Shown here in pieces: positions 56,665 to 64,000 of a stretch of 64,000 nt of DNA. Position numbers and translations under genes: made by a program. The stretch's first letter is position 1. Every line of letters starts with the position of its first letter. The DNA is taken from contig JAFWDK010000018.1 in the NCBI GenBank assembly GCA_017513085.1, positions 1 through 64,000 of the forward strand, given 5' to 3'. Origin of the DNA: Clostridiales bacterium (GTDB lineage Bacteria; Bacillota; Clostridia; Saccharofermentanales; Saccharofermentanaceae). The notes under the pieces are model-generated. The model was not told the origin of the DNA. It worked only from the letters and a program-made list of their open reading frames with translations, and did no database searches.

Positions 56665-57369
56665 TCACTCCTTTGCAAATTGATTCCATGGCTCTTCTTC
56701 CGAGAGCGGTATTTCAAATACCATCCGTTCTTTCGTAACCGGATGGTCCAGTTCAAGATGATACGACTCCAAAAGGATGTCTCCGGCAAACCGGTTCGGT
56801 CCGGATCCGTATTTGCGATCACCAACGATCGGATGTCCGATGGAGGAAAGCTGCGCCCGGATCTGGTGTGAACGGCCTGTATGGAGTGTGATCGACAAGA
56901 GGGTGACCGGAACTCCGGCGACTCTTCCGTTCCCGACGACCTCATACTCCAGAAAACACTCTTTAGCATCTCGGGGCGCCTGTTCCTTGGCAGGAAAAAC
57001 CTCAACAAGATTCGTCTTCGCATTCTTCAGAAGAAACGAACGGATCTCTCCCCTTTTTTCTTCAAAAGCACCATAGACGACGGCACGATACTTCTTTCCG
57101 ACTGTACGGTTTCGGATTTGTTCGCTGATGCGGGAAGCGCATTTGCTGGTCTTGGCAAAAACCATGACGCCGCGAACGGGACGGTCCAGCCGGTGTAACA
57201 GTCCGAGATAAGCTTCTCCCGGCTTGTGATATTTCTCAACGAGATACGATTTTAAAAGCGTAAGCATATCCGGCGCACCGGAACTGTCGCTCTGCGAAAG
57301 CACACCGGCAGGTTTGACGGCCACAAGAAGGTGATTATCTTCAAAAAGGACCTTCGGTGTGTGGTTCAT
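56665..57369 (-). CDS. RluA-family RNA pseudouridine synthase
   Basis: VKPAG, HRLDRPV, TGRSHQIR and PIVGDRKYG. Confidence 0.93.
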   Translation of the reverse strand: MNHTPKVLFEDNHLLVAVKPAGVLSQSDSSGAPDMLTLLKSYLVEKYHKPGEAYLGLLHRLDRPVRGVMVFAKTSKCASRISEQIRNRTVGKKYRAVVYGAFEEKRGEIRSFLLKNAKTNLVEVFPAKEQAPRDAKECFLEYEVVGNGRVAGVPVTLLSITLHTGRSHQIRAQLSSIGHPIVGDRKYGSGPNRFAGDILLESYHLELDHPVTKERMVFEIPLSEEEPWNQFAKE

Positions 57370-57370
57370 A

Positions 57371-58279
57371 TCAAGCCTCCTCAGGTGTCCATCTGCCTGT
57401 TGATCCGCAAGGCAGTATCAGATCCATCTTCGTGCAAGGAAGGCCCAATTCTTCCGAAAGCACATTTCCCCCGTGTTTCGTCCTTATAGCAAGCCTCAGT
57501 ATATCCTCGATCACCATAGAGGATAGTCCTGTCGTATAAGAATTGATCAGGAAGAACAACGGGTCATCGGAAAGGAGTTTCTCACATTTTTCGACCAACG
57601 GAAAAAGCGCATCTTCGAGTTTCCACATCTCACCGGAAGGTCCGCGTCCGTAGGCAGGCGGATCCATGATGATGCCATCGTAAGTCCGGCCTCGCCGGAT
57701 CTCCCTTTCCACAAAGCGGTTACAGTCTTCTACGATAAAGCGGATATAGCAATCCTCGAGTTTGGAAGCCACCATATTCTCTTTGGCGCGGCCGACCATG
57801 CCCTTACTTGCATCAACATGCACGACTTCAGCAGCGCCCGCCGCTGCAAAAGCCATGGTGGCGCCTCCGGTATAGGCAAAAAGATTCAGGATACGGGGCT
57901 TTTTTCCCTCTTTCACGGCTTTCTGGATCTTCTTTCCGCAAAAGTCCCAGTTAGCTGCCTGTTCAGGAAAAAGTCCTGTATGTTTAAAGCTGGTAGGTTC
58001 AATAATGAATGTTAAAGGACGTCCGACAGCATCGTAATGAATCTCCCACTTCTGCGGCATCGGCTTCTCCTTGCTCCAGTGGCCACCGCCGCTCTCGCTG
58101 CGATGATACATGGCATGAGGCTTAGGCCAGTACTGTTCTTTCATGCCGGCATAACCGGTCTTCGGCCAGATTGCCTGGGGATCCGGCCGTTGGAGATAAA
58201 TGTCTCCCCATCGCTCGTATTTCTCCCCTTCACCGCTGTAAAGCAACTCGAAATCCGTCCATCTGTCCGCTAAAAACAT
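57371..58279 (-). CDS. Class I SAM-dependent methyltransferase (RlmI/RlmK-like catalytic domain)
   Basis: HTGLFPEQ, LNLFAYTGG, VDAS and IMDPPAYG. Confidence 0.88.
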   Translation of the reverse strand: MFLADRWTDFELLYSGEGEKYERWGDIYLQRPDPQAIWPKTGYAGMKEQYWPKPHAMYHRSESGGGHWSKEKPMPQKWEIHYDAVGRPLTFIIEPTSFKHTGLFPEQAANWDFCGKKIQKAVKEGKKPRILNLFAYTGGATMAFAAAGAAEVVHVDASKGMVGRAKENMVASKLEDCYIRFIVEDCNRFVEREIRRGRTYDGIIMDPPAYGRGPSGEMWKLEDALFPLVEKCEKLLSDDPLFFLINSYTTGLSSMVIEDILRLAIRTKHGGNVLSEELGLPCTKMDLILPCGSTGRWTPEEA

Positions 58280-58502
58280 ACTGTTCTCCTCTGTGCGAAA
58301 TATCGTATTTCAGTATACCATTTCAAATAAATGGAAAAAAGAGAGCGTCACGGGAAACAATTTCGAATTTGTCATTTTCCTGACTCCCCCCAAATTACAG
58401 AATTTATCCCGAAAAACAAAAAAAATATGAAATTCATGTTCACAATTCACGCGGTTATATTATAATATATTGTAATGTAAACAATTATCGAGGTGTTAAG
58501 AA

Positions 58503-59192
58503 ATGGCTATTGCTCCACATATTCTTATTTGTGACGACGATCCGGTCGTACACGAGTCTCTTGGATTATATTTTGAAAATGAACACTTCACGTATTCGAG
58601 TGCATATGACGGACGTGATGCGTTAGCTCATGTCGCTTCCGACAAGCCGGATCTCATTATCCTGGATGTCATGATGCCTGAAAAAACAGGTATCGAAGTT
58701 TGCCGGGAGATCCGTAAGACACTTTCTACGCCAATTATTATCCTTACTGCGAAGGGTGAAGAGATCGATCGTGTATTAGGTCTGGAACTTGGTGCGGATG
58801 ATTATATTGTTAAGCCGTTTTCCCCGCGTGAAGTAATCGCGCGTATTAAGGCGGTTCTTCGCCGTATCACGGAACCGCAGGACAATTCTTCTCTTCTTCG
58901 TTTTGAAGGTCTGGAGATCAATCTGGATAACTATCAGGTGAAAGTCAAGGGTGAACTTGTTCCTTGTACCCCTAAGGAAGTGGAGATCCTCCACCTGTTG
59001 GCCTCACATATCGGTCAGGTCATGGATCGTGAACAGATCCTTTCTCAGGTATGGGGATATGACTATTTCGGTGATACCAGAACCGTAGACACACACGTGA
59101 AGCGTATCCGTCAGAAGGTATATTATGAGGGTGCTCCGTGGTCTCTCATTACAGTATATGGTGTAGGTTATAAGTTTGAGGTCAATCAATAA
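58503..59192 (+). CDS. OmpR-family response regulator (ResD/SrrA-like)
   Basis: DDD, LDVMMP, LTAK and KPF; wHTH VWGYDYFGDTRTVDTHVKR. Confidence 0.92.
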   Translation: MAIAPHILICDDDPVVHESLGLYFENEHFTYSSAYDGRDALAHVASDKPDLIILDVMMPEKTGIEVCREIRKTLSTPIIILTAKGEEIDRVLGLELGADDYIVKPFSPREVIARIKAVLRRITEPQDNSSLLRFEGLEINLDNYQVKVKGELVPCTPKEVEILHLLASHIGQVMDREQILSQVWGYDYFGDTRTVDTHVKRIRQKVYYEGAPWSLITVYGVGYKFEVNQ

Positions 59193-61015
59193 TGTTCCGT
59201 AGCGTCTTTTTAAGAAAGATGGTAACTTTAGTGCTGGTGGCGCTTTGCTCATCGGCACTTCTTTCTGCATTCCTTTTTTCACTTGCCGCGAATGCCAGTT
59301 ACCGTGTTACCACAGAGAATGCGATGATCGATAAGGCGACCTCTCTTTCAGCTTTTCTGACTTCCTATCTGGATAAGCACGCTGAAAACAAGAAGAGTAA
59401 TATCGATAATCTTCTCTTGGCTACCGATTCATATGGTGATCCTAACGTCCTCGGAGCCTACTTTCTTTTATATGACACCGACGGGAAACAGTTGAAGACC
59501 GCCAACATCACTACATTTGACGATGCATCCATGATTTCTTCTCTGGACACATATGCCACCAGTTATATGCTGACCAAGAATACGAACATGAATCTTTTCA
59601 GCCGTATACCGAACTCCACCAAGAAAACATCGACATTCATCGTTCAGATCCCGATTTTTGTAGAAGATGATCCGATTGCTTTTCTGATCCTCGGAAGCGA
59701 AGAACCTCAACAGAGCGAGATCGTGAAGAACTTCAGCGATGTTCTTCTTCTCTCCACTTTTGTCGTTGCCTTTTTCATGACTATTCCTGTCTATTTTGCA
59801 TCGAAGCGTTTGATGCGTCCTCTTAGCAAAGTTGCAGATGTTGCGAATGCTTTGGGTCAGGGTGATTTTACCAAGAGAGCGGATGATTCCACCCGGGGCG
59901 AGATCGGTGATCTTGCCGCTTCGATCAATGAACTGGCGGAACGTCTTTCCAAATCGATCACCAGTGTTACCAATGAACGTAACCGGCTGAAAGAAATCTT
60001 CGATATCATTTCCGAAGGTATCGTTTCCGTAGATATCAATCTCCAGCCGGACTATTCGAACAATGCTATCGCTACTCTCTTCGAGAAGGTACCGAGAAGA
60101 AATCTGTTTACGGAAAAACTGCAGCTCATTCCTTTTGAAGAAGTATGGGAAGATTTCGAAAACTGCATCAAGACCGGTGAGACTCTCGAGAGAACGATTG
60201 AAGCGAAAGATTGCGCATATATGTCCACGATCGTGCCTACCCGTGACAGTGATAAGATGATCATCGGCGCAACCGGATTCTTCCGTGATATTTCCGAGCA
60301 GGAACGTCTTGAGCAGACACGCCGCGACTATGTGGCCAATGTATCTCACGAGCTTCGTACTCCTCTCACCGCCATGCGTGGTCTGGTAGAGCCTTTGGCG
60401 GACGGCATGGTTAAGAAAGAGGAAGACCGTCAGCGTTACTATGGCATCATCCTTCACGAGACCATGCGTCTTTCCCGTCTGATCGATGACATGTTGGAGC
60501 TTTCCCGTCTTCAGGCGAGAACGCTTGCATTTAAGACATTCCCGTTTGACCTGAACAAACTCCTTTCCGAATTTGAAACCAAGTTTGCTCCGGTCATGGA
60601 AGAAGCCGATCTCGACTTCTCTGTTGAATACAAGACCGGTCCTCTGCCGACTGTTATGGGTAATCCGGACCGTGTGGAACAGATCATCGTCATTCTTCTT
60701 GATAACGCGAAGAAATATACGCCGGCCGGAGGTTCTATCACCATTTCCACCGAGTATAACGACGAGACCGACCAGGTACTCGTATCTGTCAGTGATACAG
60801 GTCAAGGTATCCATGAATACGACATTGATCATATTTTCGACCGTTTCTATAAAGCCGACCGTGCCAGAGGCAAGAAGGGTACCGGTCTGGGCCTTGCTAT
60901 TGCCAAAGAGCTCTTAAGTTACATGGGCGAGACAATTACTGTGCAGAGCGAATATGGTGAGGGCACGACATTCACCTTCACACTTAAGCGTGTCACCGGA
61001 ACAGTCTGGTATTGA
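59192..61015 (+). CDS. Sensor histidine kinase (2 TM, HAMP, PAS, HisKA, HATPase)
   Basis: SHELRTPL, LDNAKKY, DTGQGI, FDRFYK and GTGLGL; 1-nt overlap with the regulator. Confidence 0.94.
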   Translation: MFRSVFLRKMVTLVLVALCSSALLSAFLFSLAANASYRVTTENAMIDKATSLSAFLTSYLDKHAENKKSNIDNLLLATDSYGDPNVLGAYFLLYDTDGKQLKTANITTFDDASMISSLDTYATSYMLTKNTNMNLFSRIPNSTKKTSTFIVQIPIFVEDDPIAFLILGSEEPQQSEIVKNFSDVLLLSTFVVAFFMTIPVYFASKRLMRPLSKVADVANALGQGDFTKRADDSTRGEIGDLAASINELAERLSKSITSVTNERNRLKEIFDIISEGIVSVDINLQPDYSNNAIATLFEKVPRRNLFTEKLQLIPFEEVWEDFENCIKTGETLERTIEAKDCAYMSTIVPTRDSDKMIIGATGFFRDISEQERLEQTRRDYVANVSHELRTPLTAMRGLVEPLADGMVKKEEDRQRYYGIILHETMRLSRLIDDMLELSRLQARTLAFKTFPFDLNKLLSEFETKFAPVMEEADLDFSVEYKTGPLPTVMGNPDRVEQIIVILLDNAKKYTPAGGSITISTEYNDETDQVLVSVSDTGQGIHEYDIDHIFDRFYKADRARGKKGTGLGLAIAKELLSYMGETITVQSEYGEGTTFTFTLKRVTGTVWY

Positions 61016-61038
61016 GTGCTTTTGCCGGAGAAAACATT

Positions 61039-61764
61039 ATGGCGGAAGATGAACGCAAAGAAAGCGTACGGATCAATAAATACATCAGTTCCAGCGGTTT
61101 TTGTTCCCGAAGGAAAGCAGATGAGCTTGTCGAACTGGGGATCGTCACCATTGACGGTCTGACTGCCGTTTCCGGAAGTCAGGTCTTTCCCGGTCAGACT
61201 GTCCTGATCAATGGTAAACCTGTGCTTCCCAATGATGACCATATCTATCTCGCTTTTCATAAGCCGTTGGGCATCACCTGTACCACAGACAGCCGCGATC
61301 CGGATAATATCATCGACTATATCGATTATCCGCAGCGCATCTTCCCTATCGGCAGACTCGATAAGAATTCTTCCGGCCTGATACTTCTGACCAATGACGG
61401 AGATATCGTGAACCGGCTTCTTCGCGCAGAGGGCCGTCATGATAAAGAATATGTTGTGGAAGTGAATAAACCGCTTGATCCGGACTTTAAGAAAAACATG
61501 GAAAACGGAGTGCCGATACTGGATACCGTCACTCTCCCCTGCCAAGTCAAGATCGTGGGCAAATCGTCTTTCCATATCATCCTGAACCAAGGCCTGAACC
61601 GTCAGATCCGTAGAATGTGCGAGTATTTCGGGTACAGAGTCGTACGTCTCAAGAGGATCCGCATTCTGAATATATCGCTGGGCGCGCTTCCCGTTGGCGA
61701 ATACAGGAACCTCACACCGAAAGAGCGACGCGATCTCAAAGAGATCTTAGACAAAAGAAGCTAA
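61039..61764 (+). CDS. rluF: RsuA-family pseudouridine synthase (RluF-like)
   Basis: S4 domain RINKYI...SRRKAD; GRLDKNSSGL, LTNDGD and QGLNRQIRRMC. Confidence 0.85.
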   Translation: MAEDERKESVRINKYISSSGFCSRRKADELVELGIVTIDGLTAVSGSQVFPGQTVLINGKPVLPNDDHIYLAFHKPLGITCTTDSRDPDNIIDYIDYPQRIFPIGRLDKNSSGLILLTNDGDIVNRLLRAEGRHDKEYVVEVNKPLDPDFKKNMENGVPILDTVTLPCQVKIVGKSSFHIILNQGLNRQIRRMCEYFGYRVVRLKRIRILNISLGALPVGEYRNLTPKERRDLKEILDKRS

Positions 61765-61771
61765 TTGAAAA

Positions 61772-61799
61772 GGGCTCTCAAGATTTTTCTTGAGAGCCC
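61772..61799. terminator. Hairpin between the convergent rluF and GH2-like genes
   Basis: GGGCTCTCAAGA-TTTT-TCTTGAGAGCCC; short T-run on the minus side. Confidence 0.75.
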
Positions 61800-61815
61800 A
61801 AATCGTATAGTGAAA

Positions 61816-64000
61816 TTAGAACTTTGGAGCAAAATAAACAGTTTGATCATATCGGGTGTTTTTACTCAATCCATGTTTTGAAACCACATCCGGACTTCGT
61901 TCAATACCCTTCATATAGAAATCAATATATAAATGTTGTTCATTCTCAACCGGGATCAATTCCTGATGTGCGTAGTCATCGAGATCTTCCGGAACATACG
62001 GAATGCATGAGAATGAAAACGGTTCCTGGTGTTCTTTATAAACTTTTACGCCCAAACCATGATCGTGCTGCAAGACAAGCACGCGGGTATCGGCATGTCC
62101 TCCGTTCTCGGACGGACGGGCATATTCGTGATACAATGGCGAATCGACAGACGTAAACCAGCCGATACGCTGGGATTCCTTACGGTCAACATAAGACTCC
62201 CCGCTTCCTCGTCCATACCATCCGATCATTTCCTGAGGAAGGATCGGAACACGGAAACCATACCGGACCAGATCATATTTCGGAACAAAACTTAAGCCTG
62301 TCGCAATCACGCCATCCGGGTGAACACGGTAATCTACAAGGATCGGTCCGCGCATACCGGATGATTTATACTTACAGATCAGGTGGAAATCCTTGCCATC
62401 CATCTCATAGAAACTGCTTTCAAATTTGATTTCAGACTGAATGGTTCTCCAGTCTGTCTCATGCGAGAAAACAGTCTGCGAAAGAACATAGGATTTATCT
62501 GCACGGTCGATATTGGTCGCAGCACGATAGAAACTAGGAATGAACAAACCATCGAAGAATTCCTCACCATTAATGCGGATCGAGCACAGACCACCTTCCT
62601 GTCTGCTGAAACCATAAGTGACGTTTCCGGCTTTAGCATATATGAATGCCGGCGCCGTAAGTATTTCTACCTTCTTTTCAGAAGAAGCATCGATCAACGC
62701 GCTATCCTTGGAAGATCCATCAATGATCCGAGTCTTCGCTTCTTCCGTACTCAAATAATTATCTTCGAAGATCTCATCCTGTTTTTTCGGATCGCAAACT
62801 TCATCAAGCAGCACCTGCTGATAAAACGCTACTTCATGACCGGAGCGGGCGTAATTCGTATCCGTTTCCAAAGTCAGATGAATGTCCAGAACAAGTTCTT
62901 TGCACACAGCCTGCTGATAGATCTCGTTGGCCTTAGGATACAGTCTCCACCACGAAGGAGAAATAAACTCATTCACGTTAAACGGGAACTGCATTTCACG
63001 ATTGCCCAAAGCCGAGATCGGCGGAACAACACCGGAACCACCTGTAAGACGAAGTCCACCGAGAAGGAGCTGCCAATGCAGGACCAAAGATGGTGTATAG
63101 CCGAACTGCTGAACATTATGAATGGTCAGGTTGGCAGGATTATCCGCAGACGAGAAGATCTTGATGCTTTCGCACTGCTTCTTAACTTCGTAGAAAATCG
63201 GATGCGGCTTGCGATTGGCATCCACAATGCCCTGCGCGATCGATACACCGATCTGCTCGGCATATTCAACCAAATCTCCCTGATGGATATACTTCAGATC
63301 CATCTGATCTTCCGGTCTGCGCGGACGAGCGATGATCGAATCAAAAAGCACTTTGTCTTTCTTCAATCGGGAACGCAGATAAGGACGGTTCAGGCAAAGG
63401 TCGCACCACTCACCAAAAAGCATTCCTGCACGGTTCGGGAATGGTGGAAGATCCGAGACACGTCCGTAACGATCGATCTCACAATAGATCGGTCTCTTCG
63501 CATCGAAAGTCGAAATCTTCTCCTTGACTTCCATATATGCGTTCTCTTCAAATTTTTTACCGGTCATGGACCACATGATAATACACGGATGATTGATCAG
63601 AGAATAAACTGTCAGCGGCAAGACCGCAGCGGCACTCTGCACGATCACGTACATACCATACTGATCACAAAGGTCGAAGAATCTGGGGTCCGTCGGATGA
63701 TGCATGACAAAGATCGTATTGATATTCGCCTGCTTCATCATCAGGATATCCTGACGGTAACGCTCTAACGGAACCGAGATACCGCTTTGCGGATCAAACT
63801 CATAGTATTTCACGCCATGAAGCGGAACAGCAACATCATTAATATGGATCACTTCTTCGGAATACGAAATGGTACGGAAACCGAAGCGTTGCTTCTTCAC
63901 ACAGATCACTTCGTCGTTTTTGTTCTTCACCTCAATGATGATGTCATAAAGGTTCGGCGTCTGATCCGTCCATGGCAGAACAAGCTTGGCATAAAACTCT
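61816..64000 (-). CDS. LacZ-like GH2 protein with degenerate active site; 5' end lies beyond the window
   Basis: Frame stays open to the window edge (PWTDQTPNLY). GFRTI, DILMMKQANIN, DLCDQYGMYV, NHPCIIMWS, GIVDANRKPHP, GHEVAFYQ, WYGRG..ESYVDRK and YARPSENG. Confidence 0.85.
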   Translation of the reverse strand, partial: EFYAKLVLPWTDQTPNLYDIIIEVKNKNDEVICVKKQRFGFRTISYSEEVIHINDVAVPLHGVKYYEFDPQSGISVPLERYRQDILMMKQANINTIFVMHHPTDPRFFDLCDQYGMYVIVQSAAAVLPLTVYSLINHPCIIMWSMTGKKFEENAYMEVKEKISTFDAKRPIYCEIDRYGRVSDLPPFPNRAGMLFGEWCDLCLNRPYLRSRLKKDKVLFDSIIARPRRPEDQMDLKYIHQGDLVEYAEQIGVSIAQGIVDANRKPHPIFYEVKKQCESIKIFSSADNPANLTIHNVQQFGYTPSLVLHWQLLLGGLRLTGGSGVVPPISALGNREMQFPFNVNEFISPSWWRLYPKANEIYQQAVCKELVLDIHLTLETDTNYARSGHEVAFYQQVLLDEVCDPKKQDEIFEDNYLSTEEAKTRIIDGSSKDSALIDASSEKKVEILTAPAFIYAKAGNVTYGFSRQEGGLCSIRINGEEFFDGLFIPSFYRAATNIDRADKSYVLSQTVFSHETDWRTIQSEIKFESSFYEMDGKDFHLICKYKSSGMRGPILVDYRVHPDGVIATGLSFVPKYDLVRYGFRVPILPQEMIGWYGRGSGESYVDRKESQRIGWFTSVDSPLYHEYARPSENGGHADTRVLVLQHDHGLGVKVYKEHQEPFSFSCIPYVPEDLDDYAHQELIPVENEQHLYIDFYMKGIERSPDVVSKHGLSKNTRYDQTVYFAPKF

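Noticed and set aside
58503-59192. Calling the response regulator WalR
   Set aside because: The recognition helix TVDTHVKR is ResD/SrrA-like rather than WalR's TVDVTVRR, and no walH/walI/walJ genes are adjacent.
59468-63768. Long antisense ORFs (454, 223 and 461 aa) and similar ones opposite polC, ileS, trpS, rsgA and pyrH
   Set aside because: Same in-register shadow effect. The sense genes carry all the conserved motifs.

Overview
A 64-kb, mostly core-genome window from an anaerobic Firmicute (Clostridia-like gene order; DUF4214 surface protein, IspH-S1 fusion, class-2 IleRS). Most genes lie on the minus strand. In order: a small accessory envelope block (1-6.5 kb), gltA, ktrB/trkA/trkA, infC-rpmI-rplT with an L20 leader and an ATC start, a ~25-kb co-oriented run (rpsB-tsf-phosphatase-pyrH-frr-uppS-cdsA-dxr-rseP-ispG-polC-priA-def-fmt-rsmB-rlmN-stp-pknB-rsgA-rpe-thiN), a dipeptidase, an SH3b-NlpC/P60 hydrolase, ileS-S2P-trpS-scpAB-rpiR-hutP-cmk-ispH/rpsA, an MTase-RluA-HD-GH120 operon, a ResDE-like two-component system, rluF, and a truncated GH2-like gene. 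I saw no tRNA, rRNA, CRISPR array, IS element or prophage, and no clear-cut new multi-gene system. The best leads are: (i) a promoter plus Shine-Dalgarno/ATG embedded inside the ispH-rpsA fusion, which could yield a free S1 protein; (ii) an intact LacZ-like ORF that appears to have lost both catalytic glutamates; (iii) an orphan HutP-fold protein lacking the His/Mg ligands; (iv) WalR-type direct repeats upstream of two cell-envelope genes. All calls come from motif recognition by eye; no database searches were run.
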